Source: Lama glama
Taxonomy: Eukaryota
DNA: 64,000 bases
Assembly (NCBI GenBank): GCA_028534125.1
Contig: CM052818.1
Coordinates: 37,140,001-37,204,000, forward strand
Reading direction: 5' to 3'
In this document: in pieces, positions 24,241 to 37,490 of the stretch
Layout: every line of letters begins with the position of its first letter
How positions within the stretch are numbered: position 1 is the stretch's first letter
Made by a program: the position numbers and the translations under genes
Notes under the pieces: generated by a model
Databases searched by the model: none
What the model was told of the DNA's origin: nothing
The model's input: the letters and a program-made list of their open reading frames with translations, nothing else

Positions 24241-25349
24241 GGGTTCGGTACTGCTCAAGACGGAGCAGCTTAATGTCACAGCTGTGGTCTGGTCATCATG
24301 CAGTCAGCTTTGCCCCTCTGGTGGCAGCTAAAGTGTCAGGGGACATGGAGGGGCCTTTGTACTTGGCGGGATTGGGGGAGGACACAGGGTTCTGCTCAGT
24401 TCTACCTCTTTACATCTATTACCCACTGCCTTGTTTTTAGAAATATGAGTGCCTCCTGCCTACATTACTGGACCATTGGCTTGATGCCTTATGATGTATA
24501 ACGCCAGTTCTGTCACCCCCGCCCAGATTCTCTCCCTGTTAACATCAGAACCTACCCACGTGGGGCCAGGATTATAATCTGTTCCATAAATATTTAAAAA
24601 AAATAAATGACCTAAATTCCACCTTTGAGAACTAGATGACTGGAGTACAATCCTATGCAAAAGAAAAATAAGGTGTGTTTTATTATCAGTATTATTGTGG
24701 GGGACACACCTTAAGTTACTAACCCCTAGTAGGATCTTTCTTTACCTGTGGTGACCCTGAGTGGAAGGAAGGCTTACCCTTGAGTGCTAGGGGGATAAAT
24801 TGCCTTGTTCTCCCTCACCTTCTTTGCACACACTATTTCCTGTACTTGGAACTCCCTTCTTTTCCTTTTTCCTTGATATACTCTTTCCCAGCCTTCAATA
24901 TTAACACCAAATATTATCCTCCTAGTGACTCTTTGCCAGACCTCACCTCTCCATTGTCGCTCTGTGTTGCTTAAAACAAAAACATAAATGTAAAAGTTAA
25001 CACAATTGCCCAGTACGTAGATGACCTGATTGTTTTGGGAATTTTAATCTTTCCCCATCTGTGGACCTGTGGCTTGTCTTGAACTGGCCATGATGCTTTC
25101 TCATTGTCACAGAGAGGTGCAAGCTCTGAGCATCTCTCTCTAGCTCTTCCTCCACAGAACGTGCTGGCATTGTGGCTTTCTCTGTTCCCACGTATGAGAA
25201 CTACATTGCCGAAGAAAAAATGTGTGGTTGTTCTTTGGTCACCCAGGGTAATGTACGGCCTTAAGACATTTTAGCCACTGCCTGTGTCCCCCATACCTGA
25301 CGCACATGTGCATAGCCATCACTCCTCTGAGTAGATCATCTTTCTTACT

Positions 25350-25500
25350 CCCTTCACCCCAAATACAAGATACTATATCAGTCCCTCAAGGCAAGGGTGC
25401 TGTACTCGAGTCCTCTGTTCTCTCACTGCTGATCGTGGCACCCAGCACTGAAGTGGGACTCAGTATCTACTCACTCCTTGAATGCATGAACTGACTGAAC
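25350..25500 (+). mobile_element. L2 3' end
   Basis: gcacccagcactgaagtgggactcagtatc...ttgaatgcatgaa. Confidence 0.5.
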
Positions 25501-26044
25501 ACCAGGCAGATACTTTCCTCATCATCTTTCCTCATCTCCAGTTGTGTGCTCATTCTTAGAGGCATGGCTATGTGCATATTCATGATTAAGGAGAACTAAG
25601 TAGGTCAAGTGATGGAAAATAATGAACAAGTCCATAAATTATATTTTGATTTAAGCTTCTCATTCTTTGTATAGTAAGGTTCTCTGCTCTTCTGCAAAAC
25701 TTTCAGACATTTGTGGGGAAGCACAGAGGCCTTGTGATGGTTATATTCCAGAAACTCGTCCTAAATCTAGGTCTCACATCGCTCTCTTCCTTGAAGCAGG
25801 ATCTATCAACTCAGCTACCTTTCTTTTTTTTTTTTTACTGTCCTTATCCCTGTTATATCCCTTGGTTATATCCGTAATCTGGGAGGCACTGTTTCTCTTG
25901 CACCACTTGACTCTTACTGATTATCACTACAGGGGAAATGAAGAAACAAATAATACATGTGGGGACATTATAAAAGCTTAAAAATTTCAGCCATGTCTGT
26001 GATTCCATTCTTTGCCTTTTTAATACGGTAACTGGCTAAAGAAG

Positions 26045-26200
26045 GCAGTGTAGCCCAAGGGCTGCTTTGAATCCCAACTCAGCCCTCTGCTAACTGAAGA
26101 GGGACTTGGGTAGCCCACGCGACCTTTGTGCTCTCGGTTTTACCATCTGAAAAAAGGGGACACTGAATCTGTTTCTCAGGGTGCTTGTAAGTGTCCCACT
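26045..26200 (+). mobile_element. MIR SINE
   Basis: ttgaatcccaactcagcc...ctctcggttttaccatctgaaaaaaggg. Confidence 0.65.
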
Positions 26201-28534
26201 GGAAGACTGATACATGTGTGCTCCTAATCCAGAGCTGTGACATTACAGTTCAGATCACTGTAATTAGCATCACTGCTGCCACTCTTGCTGGAGTTACTGG
26301 CAACTATGGTAGGTACTGGACTCTGGTATAACTTTTTCCTCCCAGGGGTGGTACTCCCTGAAATTCTGTTCCTTCTTCAGCCGCATTTTGAAGGGCAAGA
26401 GCAATCCACTTGGAGCTTTATTTGCCTTCTCAGCAAGACTTAATGAGCCATGTCCAGAAAACTCCAGCCAAAGAGAAGAGAGGCAAAGAGAAAAACCAGC
26501 CTAATGCAAGGATAGATACAAACTGGCTTTCTTAGGAGAAGGCCTCTGGAAGGATCTCATATGTTCACAGTTAAGTCAAGTGAACTCTAGGTGAACAGCA
26601 ATACAATTTCTTTATTTGACTGAAAATTCTTTGGGTAGGATAAAAATTGTTAAGGATCCATGTTCTTATCAACCTGGGTGTTTGGGTTCCCTACTCTAGA
26701 CACCTGACTCCTGACTCCTGTCACCCTCTTTACTGGCAGAACAGGAGCCCAGACCTCCCCAGATATCAAAGACAAAACAGTAAACTTTTTAAGTAAATAA
26801 ATGAGTGACTGAATGAATAAATGAATGCATGCATGAATATAAGAAAGACAAGGCCCCTGTGGCAGCCAAAGCTGTCTATATACAGTAATCCCAAATCTAA
26901 ACCTACAGCATTTCCTAGGAAGGACAATATATATGTAAATAGAGCCGTCACGTTTAGAATGTCAGGCCCCAGAGGGTTCATCTGGCACTTGCAAAGGCCA
27001 CTTCACATTTCTCCATGAAATTCCAAAACTTGACAGCTTTCTTAACACAGTGATGGTGAGGAATAAAAACTTCAAAAATTATGCTATTTGAAAAGTAAAC
27101 TATTTACCGTTCAGAGGAAAGATTCTGAATTTAACCACTCGGCAGCTATCAAAATGTAACCCCAGGACACAGCAGTGATTTAAAATGTAAGTAGATCTTT
27201 GGGCATGCGGATAAGGGGCCTGCCATCGTCCAGCCAGGGTGGCTAGAACTACCCGAGCCTCGCTCTATAGACTCGTGACCCTGGCATGGACAGGAATGAC
27301 ACCCAGGCCTTCACCTGGTCACTGCCTGGACTGGCTCTTAGACCACCTTAGTTTGCAGGTTATGACTTCACCTCCACCGCTCACTCCCAAGGATGTAAAG
27401 GAAGCACTCAGAAACATTTTCATGAAGGACATGTGCACTAAATGAAATCTAGGTTAATAGCCAAACCAGATCTTCTTTAAAAAGTAACACGTGACCTCCA
27501 GAAGTGAGAGGTTGTGTGTGAACTGCACTGCGCTTTATGCCCGCTGTGTGACCTCATTGTATTAATTGCATCTAGACCTTGAAATGTGAATACATGCCCA
27601 AATGAACACACTTACGCTCTAGAGCTCTGTGCCTTAAAAGCACATTCAGTTCAACAAACCTTGCACGTTCCTGTTTAATTTCATAAGATGGAGGTGACCA
27701 GGCAAGGTTCCTCGGTATGCAGTGGTCAACACAAGCCTTACAGGTCCGTGAGCCCCTCCTCAGCTGCGGGCACCTGCCGCCCCAGGGCCTGGCAGCGTGG
27801 ACTGGGGTCGGTGCCAATGCATGTGGAGTCCGCACTGTTCACAGTTTCCCTGAGACGAGCTGGCAGACATTGCCTGGGCTGGGGGTAGGACTAGATGACC
27901 TCTAAGTCCCCTTCTCGTCTTAGGACCCCGCCACAGACTTGGAAGCCGTGACACTAATATTCTGCAGTATTAAACTCTCATCCCTGGGTATAATTCTACA
28001 GCCTCTTTGTGGATCGCTTCCACTTTTTCTCAGAAGACCCATCCAAAGTGTGCAGCATACAGATAGAAACACGATCGATCCATCAGTTTTGTTCCTTTTT
28101 TTTTTTAACTGCACCACAGTATTAATATAATTATGTGAAAGCACTTGATAAAATATAAAATTCTTCATACATAAAGTCATAAACATTTCATAACTTGAGC
28201 CAAAACACTCAGAAGTTCCAGGCAGGAGTAAGCCAAGCTTAATTTTTAGATGAATATCGAAGCCAATAAAGCAAACCGAAGAAGCTGCCTATGGATATAA
28301 AATTTTGGGCACAATTCAGTTCAATTTAATTCAATTCAAGAAATGTATATTGAGTGTGTACTAAGTGTTGGGCACTGTGCCGGGTTCTATTCCGTATGAA
28401 GGGGGCTTGTTTGTTTTCAGGGGCTGATACCGCACAGATGGCTTTCATAGAGATGGTGAGAGGTAGATCAGAGCAAGAGCACAAATACACAGTTTTTCAC
28501 TTAATAATCATAATTATAAAAACAGCTAAGGTGC

Positions 28535-28800
28535 TACCATTTACTGAGGACTGATCATATGCCAGGGCTTATGACATACCAAGCATTATACATGTGTGTG
28601 AATGTTTGTATGTATAATCCCTAATCCTTACAACAACTCAACAAAGGAAGTTATTCTTACTTCCTGTTTTACATATGAGAAGAGCAAGTCATAGAGACGT
28701 TAAGTTACTTGAGCAAGGTCGCCCAGCTATTAAGCACTGAGCCAGATTTTGAAAACATAATTGTCTGACTTCAAAGCCAGCAGGCTCTACATCACACCTA
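28535..28800 (-). mobile_element. MIR SINE
   Basis: taatccttacaacaac...gttttacatatgagaa...ttaagttacttgagcaaggtc...tgtctgacttcaaagcc. Confidence 0.8.
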
Positions 28801-30039
28801 CATTAGTCTACATTTTTACCACCTTCCATAATGGCCATTAGTACTTGGCAGAAGGGAGGAGGGAGGGGCCTAACCTGGCTTGGGGCTCTTGGTGAGAGTG
28901 GTTTGCTCTGTGCTCAGCCCTCCTCCCAGGCTTTCCTGCACTGCCTAAGCTAGACACCTCTTCTTGTAATTGCCAGACGGGTGATTTAGACAGGAAGCGT
29001 AGTGACAGCTTTTGAACCTGGCTTTGAGCTATGTTCAATCCAAGTAGTCAATTTAGGTCAAGTATTCCGACCACCTTCATATAGTCTTTCTTTCTTCTGT
29101 TTAAGTCAATTTGACTACAAATGCAACCTCCCTGATCTCAAGTCCATCAGCAGCTCTGAATATGGCCAATCTACCCTGCAGCCTGGTTCCTGGTCAGAGG
29201 GCAAAGCTTGCCTGGAAATGAAACTTTGAAATGGCACTTGGCTTGGTTCCCTGAAGTAAGTCACATGCTCTCAGCCCTCTAGTCCTTCTCCGACTGTGAG
29301 AGCCACCCAAGGGGAAGCTCATATGAAAACAGCAGTTTACTCCCCATCAGCAAAGATGCATCTCTGCCTCCTGCGATGGGCTCGGCTGGTCTGGCAGCCA
29401 CAGGCAAGCTGTGTTTTATTCGTGAACGTCCTTCTTGTTTCAGCAGATAATGGACTCTAGTTAGGAGACAACATAGTAAACACAGCATAAACATTGGAAT
29501 GTGCAGCTGGAATGAGTCTGCATATAAATAAGAGTGCTGGGAGCCAGGGAGGTAATAAGTCAGGAACGCAATGGAGAAAGGTTATTAAAAGAGGAGCTTG
29601 TAAAAATCTGCAACAAGGCTGAAAGCTTGGAGCATTTCTTGATTACAGGACCAAAGGCAGCAGCCTGTCTCTCGTCTGTGCTCTGACTCACTGAGTTACT
29701 GGACATCTTACTTAAAATCCTGCTGTTACTCACTTTGTTCAATCGTAAAGTTGAGATTTTATACACTTTAAAAAAAGTTCTAGGGCTGTTGTGAAGATGT
29801 GTGCATGAAAGCATTATGAAAAAAGCTGGTGTTGCTGTACAAATGGAAGGTTATGTGATTCTTAATTTTGGAAACTGGCTGAAATTATTCTTTTATACAT
29901 CTAAGCCCTCTTGTTGATTGAATATCAAGCAAAGTTATCTTTTATAACAGAACTCTCTCAGGGACATATCAGGCATGAAAGGAATCAAAAGTATTTTCTG
30001 CTGTGTTATTGTCAAAACAGAAAGATCCTTTTTATTAGC

Positions 30040-30450
30040 TTTATATTAGTCAGCTTATGGTAGGTTATGCTGCAGTAACAAATACATCCTGAAATCCCAC
30101 CGGCTTAATAACAGTAACAGAAAAGAGGACGTCCATATCTTTCTGAGGCAACACCCAGTGTATATTGGGCATTCCTCCTGTGTGTCTCTTCCACACACTG
30201 AGTTCTGAGTCCTAGACTGCTTCCATCTAGTGGCTAAATCATGACTTCTTGCATTGCCATAGAAGGGGAAGAGAGGCTGGATCCCATGATGAAATGTTTT
30301 TAATAGTCAGGCCACAAAGCAGTTTATCACTTCCACTCTTTTCCTATCCAGAACCCAGTTACATGGCTCCAGCCCAATCACAAGGGAGGCTGTGACATGT
30401 AGAGGAGCACATGGATGTCCTAGTGAGCTCTGTGTCTGTCTCACCTTTCT
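30040..30450 (-). mobile_element. Old MaLR LTR (MLT1K-like)
   Basis: taggttatgctgcagtaacaaatac...ccagaacccagttacatggctccagcccaatcacaagggaggctg. Confidence 0.7.
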
Positions 30451-30843
30451 TAAACTTAGTCTCTGCTAAGGAATATACAAGGGAGCCATGCAGTTATGGA
30501 AGAGACTATATGAATCTGATGTTGTTCCAATGACCTGTCATCCTCTGGCCACGATTATGAACTTGCATATTTTGGAGACAGAACAAAATTCCCAAAAGGA
30601 CTTACTAACCTGCTGTGTGAGTCCATTGTGATTTTAATTTTGGAAGCTGGGGTGTGTCTGCTCCCTGATTTATTCTGGGTAACACTTAAGTAATTTAACC
30701 ATATTTCCAGGCTAATTACTGCCATACCCCCTTAGTAGCTATGATATAGTTGGGACAGTGTTACCTTTTAGCCTTCTAATGCTGAGGCTAATGGCTTTGG
30801 TCAGGCATTCTGCTATTGATTAGAACACTTTATTAAAATCCTT

Positions 30844-30992
30844 AGGGGGAAGGGTATAGCTCAAGTGGTAGAGTGCATGCCTTGCATGCATGAGGTCCTG
30901 TGTTCAATCCCCAGTACTTCCACCAAAAATAAATAAATAAACTTAATTACCCCCCCCAAAATAAATGAAAATTTAAAAAATTAAAAAAACTT
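30844..30992 (+). mobile_element. tRNA-Ala-derived camelid-type SINE (vic-1-like)
   Basis: gggtatagctcaagtggtagagtgcatgc...gttcaatccccagtac head with A/B boxes, an A-rich tail containing a C-run, and TSD aaatcctt (30836-30843 / 30993-31000). Confidence 0.88.
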
Positions 30993-31159
30993 AAATCCTT
31001 GAATCGTGGTGTGAAAAGGAAAACTTGTTAAAGGCACTCATATATATGTTATAGCCTAACATCTGGCATTTTCATAGTTTGAATTCATCATAAATTGCTG
31101 ACATTAGTTGCTACCTTCAACCTTTCTCAATTTTAAAGTGATTCAGTGGTAACTTTTAG

Positions 31160-31477
31160 AGTTGCAGGAGGCCATCAGACTGATATTGCTGTAGAGCCAT
31201 GGTGGCCTATGTAAGCAAACCAAAATCTAAGCCTGTAAATGTGTGAAGGTTACAAAATTGAACCCGAGGACAACCAATCGCAAACAACAAACTAGACTTT
31301 AAGCCAATCAATGATTTTCTTAGTTTGCTTCTGCCTTTTCTCCATAGAAATCTGTCCTGCAGGTGGAGCACTCGTCAACACTTCTGGTTTGGCGCTACCT
31401 GACTGAAATCGATTTTTGTTCAAAAAAAAAAAAAAACCTCTTAAAATTTTTAATATGTCTCGATTTAGCCTTTAACA
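31160..31477 (+). mobile_element. ERV1-class LTR fragment (3' end resembles MER57/MER41/MER34 groups)
   Basis: CCAAT motifs (aaccaatc, gccaatc) and the terminus ctcttaaaatttttaatatgtctcgatttagcctttaaca. The 5' boundary is uncertain. Confidence 0.55.
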
Positions 31478-32359
31478 GATTCCAACGTTATATTTTGTGA
31501 CTTTGAGGCCTATGTATGAACAGAATGGACATCCATAGGAAGCGACTCTTACCTTAAAATAGCACTCTGCATTTAAGTTAATTTTAAATACCTTTTCCAG
31601 ATGGACAGCCAACTGTTTTCATCAGTGTTTGGAACTTTCCAGCAGTTAAATGCTGGTGTGTAAAGGTTACCTTTTCATTTTATCTTCAACAATGCAGTCT
31701 GTTCTTAGACTGAGTCCGTTTTCTCCGTTTGTGAGTCTGATGATTTGAATGTACCAATACTAAACTCCATCTGTTTGTTGCCTGAAAACAGTTGAACAGA
31801 TTTCAGTAAATTTAGAAACTGTAAACAAATAGTTGAATAAGCCTGAATGATGGGTAAGATTTAAACACTGAGGATGGTCAGCCATTACATTTATTTAAAA
31901 CTTAGAGATGTCTCAGCATCCACAAGGTCAGATAAGAAATTCCTCCTTCCTCACACTCCAAGTGGTGACATCATTTCCTTCCAAACTCTGCAGAATAAAG
32001 TAAATTCAGACTAACTGTAAACTGCCGGATCTGTCCCCTCTGGTTTCCCTATGCTTCTGAAATTAATTATCCAGACATTCTTTTTACATTTCCATTAGTT
32101 TCCCTACAGAAGAAACAAACAATCAACAAAGGGAAAAATGATAATACAATATATAAAACGTTTGTCTAGTGTCTTAAAGAATTTGAATATATTCTAACAG
32201 CAGAACTTATAGAGCTTTAAAGACATGGTTGAAACCCCAGGAATGCTGGGGAACTCACGTTGATATAAAATAAAAAGGACTATCTGACAAAACCCTCCCA
32301 TAACAAGAGTTACCTTTTCCCCATAACCATTATTTAATGCAAGTATATTATATTGCAAG

Positions 32360-32530
32360 TTTTGCTAAGCATTTTCCATACGGTATTCCATTAATGTTTG
32401 CAAAGAATTCATGAGTTGTATTTTCTGTCCTCGTTTAACAGATGAGAAGAGCAAATCTGAAAAGGTTAAGTACCTCGCCAAAATCACAGGGCTGGGGAGT
32501 AGAGACGCTGGAATTCAAGTACCAGGCTTC
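32360..32530 (-). mobile_element. MIR SINE
   Basis: tttaacagatgagaagagcaaatctgaaaaggttaagtacctcgccaaaatcacag. Confidence 0.7.
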
Positions 32531-32827
32531 TCTGTATTCTCTTCTTTTGATTTCTTCTGTTTATTTTTTTACTGAAGGGGTTGGGTGGTGCCTGTGAAAG
32601 AAGACGCATCTTTCTTCAAGTTCTTCATTGCTTCTAGAAAGTCTGTGTTGATTAGGTAAAAGAAGGTGCTCAAGCTTTTGTTTCATAGATGTCTTTGATA
32701 CTCCTGTTTCAGATGATTCTTTTAAAGGGACGGCTAGGTCATGCCTGCTAACTTTCTTCTATACACACAGTACTCAGAGATGGATTCAGGTGTCTGAAGA
32801 TGATTAGAGTCCTTTTTTCTATATTTC

Positions 32828-33352
32828 TGTTGCAGCAAAGTGTGTTACAGTTCAGTGTTACAGATCAGTTGTGACAGCAACCTGGATCCAGGCTAGAGAC
32901 CAAGCAGCACTTGGAAGGTTGGAGAACTCAGGTTTATTATGCTGACAAGAGCCCAAAGGAGTTAACACTCCAAGCTCTGGACCCTGTCTGTAGGTTTACA
33001 CAGGCTTTTATAGGCTGCCGGTCTAGACTTTGCAACATCATATGCAAATAAGGTGTTACAAAATTGACTAATCAGGAATGAGCTTTGTAGGAATGGGACA
33101 ATCAGGAGTGAGAGAAATAGACCAATCAGGAGGGAGCTCCATGCAAATGAGGTGCTATAAATGGACCAATCAGGAGTTAGCTCAGGGAACCAATATACTC
33201 TTAGGGGTAAGTTCCGCTTTCCTAGAAGCAAGCCCTTTCAGAGGCAAAAAGTGAGATAATGCTGCTGGGCCAGGGAACCAGATGGTGCTGGCAGGAAAGT
33301 AGTGACCCTGCCTGAGGGTCTTGCTGGTCTTTTTATGGGGTTTCCCACCTCA
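32828..33352 (-). mobile_element. Solo ERV1-type LTR with 4-bp TSD
   Basis: TG...CA termini flanked by tttc (32824-32827 and 33353-33356). Minus-strand TATA (cctataaaag, ~33005-33014) and AATAAA (32933-32938) lie in the expected order. Confidence 0.85.
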
Positions 33353-33439
33353 TTTCTACCATGAAATAGGGATTTAAAATACATTTCAGGTTCTGTTTGT
33401 TTTCATCTTGCCAAGCTTCCTGTACCTTTCACTGATTAT

Positions 33440-36400
33440 CTTTCTGAAAATTAAATAAACTTTATTGAGATGTAATTGGCATATATTTAAATGAACTCAT
33501 TATAAGTGTACAATTCAGTGAGTTTGGATAAATATATACACTCATATAACCACATATACAGTAAAGATAGAAATTTCCATCACTCCAGAAAGTTCCTTCC
33601 TACCTGTTTTTAGTCCATTGCTATGACCACATATTTTGTTTAAGTGACAATTGATCTTCTTTATGTGACTATAGAGTAGAATTGCGTATTATAGAAGTTC
33701 ATATAAATGGAATCATACAGTACATACTGCTAGTGCTTTTGCCTTCTCTGAATAATGTTTTTGAGATATACCCCTTTTAAAATTGAAGTATAGTTGATTT
33801 ACAATATTGTATTAGTTTCAGGTGTACAGCATGGTGATTCAGTATTTTTGCAGATTATATTCCATTAGAAAGTCTTGAAAAATAATGGCTATAGTTCCCT
33901 GAGATATACAATATATTCTTGTTGATTATCTATTTTATACAGTGTAGTTTTTATCTTTTAATCCCATTACCTTAATTTGTCCCTCTCTCCTCCCATCTCC
34001 CCTTTGGTAACCACAAGTTTGTGGTTTGAGTCTGCTTTGAGTCTGCTTCTGTTTTGTATATACATTCATTTGTATTATTTTTTAGATTTCACATATAAGT
34101 GATAGCATATAGTATTTGTCTTTCTCTGTTTGACTTATTTCACTAAGCATGATATTCTCTGTGTCCATCCACACTGCTGTAAATATTAGCATTTCATTCT
34201 TTTTAATGGCTGAGTAATATTCCATTATATGTATATCACATTTTCTTTATCCATTCATTGAGACACACTCTTTTTAATGTATGTGTCAGTAGTTTGTTCT
34301 TTTTATAGGAGGGTGGTATTTATTGTATAGGTATAATAAAACTTATCTATATACCTGTTGATGGATATTGAAGTGGATTTTGGTTTTGAGCTATTATGAA
34401 GAAAGCTATTATGAAAAATTTGAATATATCTTTTTGTGAGTATATGCTTTCATTTCTCTGAGGCAAATAGCTCAGAGGAACATTCTTGGTTAATATGAAA
34501 AAAGTATAGGAAACCAATCAACTGTTTGCCAAAGTGGTATATTCCTACCAACAATTCTCATACACTCCTAACAGAGTTTCAGTTGTTCGCTGTCTTGACC
34601 AACTTTTGGTATTGCCAGTCTTTTAAAATTTTGGCTATATTGGTGTGTATAGTAGTTTTTATTTGCATTTCCTGATAATTAATGACTTGAGGTATATTTT
34701 CAGATGTTTATATAATTTCTTTTTTTTTGATGTTTGCATTTAGATGTTCTGTCCATTTGGATTGTGGACTTCATATTGTTGAGTTGTAAGAGTATGGTAT
34801 ATATTCTGGACACAAATCTTTTTTTCAGATACAGGTATTGCAAATATGTTATTTTAGACTATCATTATTTTATTAGTATTTTTAGAAGAATAAATTTTTA
34901 AAATTTTGATGAAGTTCAATTTATCAATGTGTTCCTTTTAAAGCCTGTATTTTTTTCTCTTCTAAGAAGAAATCTTTGCCTATCTGAAGGGCAACAAGAT
35001 TTTTTCCATGCTTTATTCTAAAGTTTTAAAGTTTTAAGTTTTCATTAAGCTTATAATCATTTCAAGTTAATTTTTATATATAGTATGAAGTAATAGATGG
35101 CTTTATTTTTCCATATAAATATTCAGTTTTCCAGCACTTTTGTTGAAAAGACTATCTTTTTCCCATTGAAATACCTTGGCTCCCAGAAATCAATTGACCA
35201 TATGTGCATAGGTCTGTTTTCAGATCCTGAATACTTTCCCATTGATCTATTTGTTTAGCCTTATATCTTACTTTGACTTTATAGTAGATCTTGAAACCAA
35301 GTTATATAATTCTTCCATTTTTTCCCCCTTTTTTCAAAACCGTTTTAGGTATTCTACATTTTTTGCATTTCCAAATACATTTTGAAATCAAATCACTTTC
35401 TTAAAAAAAAATCCTGCTGAGAATTTATTTGGGATTGAGTAAAATCTATCTATCAATTTAGGGAAGAATAAACAACCTGAGTCTTTCAATTCATGAACAT
35501 GTAATTTCTATCTGTTTATTTTAGTCTATATTTTTTCTCAGCAAAATTTTACAGTTTTAAATGAGCAAAAATTGCACATATTTTATTAGATTTATTCCTA
35601 AGTATTTAATTTTTGATGTAGTCTAAATATTTTTAAAATTCAATTTTCAGTTGTTTTAGTATAGTTAATTTTTGTACCTTGTTTCCTGAAACTCTATTCA
35701 ACTTAACAGTTCTAAAAGTTTTTCTCTAGTGTTTTTTAGAATTTTCTCTGTGTATGATTATGATACCTACGAATAAAAACACTTTTATTCTTTCTTTCCT
35801 TACCTGTATGCTTTTTTTTTCTTTTTCTACCCTTATTGAGTTTAGAACTCTAGTGCAATGCTGAATAATACTAATGAGAGCAAACATCCTTGCCTTGTTT
35901 TTGTCCCTCATGGAAAATAATTTAGTTTTTACCATTAAATGTTAGCTAAAGGTTTTTCATAAATACTCTACCAAGTTAAAAGATGAATAGATGTTAAAAA
36001 TTGTTAAATTATTTTGCTACATCTATTCATAGAATTATATGGTTTTTCTCCCTATTACTTAATATAGTAAATTATATCGATTGATTTTGGAATGTTACAC
36101 CAATCTTCCAATGCTGGAATAAGCCCCACCTTGACATGATGTATTTTTTATCTATTGCTCTATTTGATGTGCTAATATTTTATTAAGCAATTTTGCTTCT
36201 ATATTCATAAAGGTCTTCAGTTTTCTTATGCTACCTTTGTCTAGTTTGGTATCAGCATAATAAAATAAGTTGCAAAATGTTCTTACATCTTCTGTTTAGT
36301 AAAGGTCTTGGTATAGAAACTGTATTATTTATTTCTTAAATGTTTGAGAGACTTCACCAGTAAAGACATCTCTACTTTTTTATTAGAAGTTTTTAAATGA

Positions 36401-36560
36401 AAAGTCAAATTGTTTTAATAGGCCTATTGCTATTCAGATTTTCCATTTCTTCTTATGGTGATTTGATAATTTGTGTTTTTCTGAAAATAAAATTCCCATT
36501 TTATTTTTAGTTGTAGAATATATAGCCAGATTGTAGTATTCTCTTACTATTTAAAAAATA
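33440..36560 (-). mobile_element. Long decayed L1M fragment (3' end and ORF2-derived sequence) with a nested younger L1
   Basis: T-rich antisense L1 motifs throughout: tttattgagatgtaatt, aatggaatcatacagta, tttgttgaaaagactatc, catccttgccttgttt, tggaataagccccac. Confidence 0.9.
33779..34257 (-). mobile_element. Younger L1 3' end nested in the older L1
   Basis: aattgaagtatagttgatttacaat...ggctgagtaatattccatt. Degenerate TSD ttgagatatacccctttt (33761) / ttgagacacactctttt (34258). Confidence 0.8.
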
Positions 36561-37119
36561 TCTATAAAATACCTCAAATTCTAGTGGAATATAGTCCAAG
36601 TTTATTTCTCACTCAAGTAAAATTTGCTACAGGTCATATTAACCCTCAGGCACTCCCAAGCATGTATTGGATCAGTGACCTAGGCTGTCAGATCTTGTGT
36701 TTCTGCAGTCTCCATGCATGGTTTCCATATTCATCGCTAAACGAAGATAGAGGTAGAATGTCTTGCAGGTTTTCCCTTACCTCAGCTTGTAACTAAAACG
36801 TCATTTCCACTCACAGCCTTTGGCCAGAAATAATCACTTGGCTCTGTCCAGGTGCAAGGGATCTAGGAAAACTAGTCTTCAGTGTGACCAGTAAGGAGGG
36901 AACTCAGTAGTGAGGCCACTAATGATGTGACCACAATGTGCATCTGTTACTTGAGATTTTCCTTCTCTTCAGTACTGAATAGGGTGCTTCTGACCACATC
37001 ATATGTCTGTAATCCCTCCAACTGTTCAAAGGGCTTTCATATCCATTATCTTAATATATCTGCAAACCAATGTGTGGGTTATGCAGGACAGGTTATTTTT
37101 ACCATATTACCTTGGGTGA

Positions 37120-37490
37120 AATGTAGTTAAGCCAAACACAGATCAAGAGAGAGCAAACAGAAAGATGCAGTTTTGTTATAGCCACAGTTCCCTGAAAAGA
37201 ACACAGCCTGCCATGCAGGGCCACTTGGGGAAGCATCAGGGTTGGTAATAAAGCACCAGAAGGGGCACTGTGGGCAAGCACCTTCACTGGGGTTTCTGCA
37301 GGAAGGAAAGAGCAAGGCAGAGGCAGCAGATTTAAGATTGGCTAGTTTGAATATTTTCAGCAGGCTCTGGCCCATAAGGGCTGTCAAGAGTTGTCTGTAA
37401 CATAGCCCTGGGATGATGAGGGTGGATTTACAGGGGGAACTGACTGGGCTATAGGTAGGTCTTCAAAACTGGGTCAAGATAGTGTTTAAA
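37120..37490 (-). mobile_element. ERVL-class LTR (MER74/MER54-like)
   Basis: gccatgcagggccac...aagattggctagtttgaatattttcagcaggctctgg...agggctgtc, recalled from the MER74/MER54 group. It appears to split a MIR. Confidence 0.55.

Noticed and set aside
24309..24327. CTCF-like motif (minus strand CCACCAGAGGGGCA)
   Set aside because: An extra G displaces the conserved C of the core, so it cannot be supported without a PWM scan or ChIP data.
30844..30925. Possible tRNA gene
   Set aside because: It has a SINE tail and TSD plus mutations in the D, anticodon and T arms, so it is a retroposed SINE copy.
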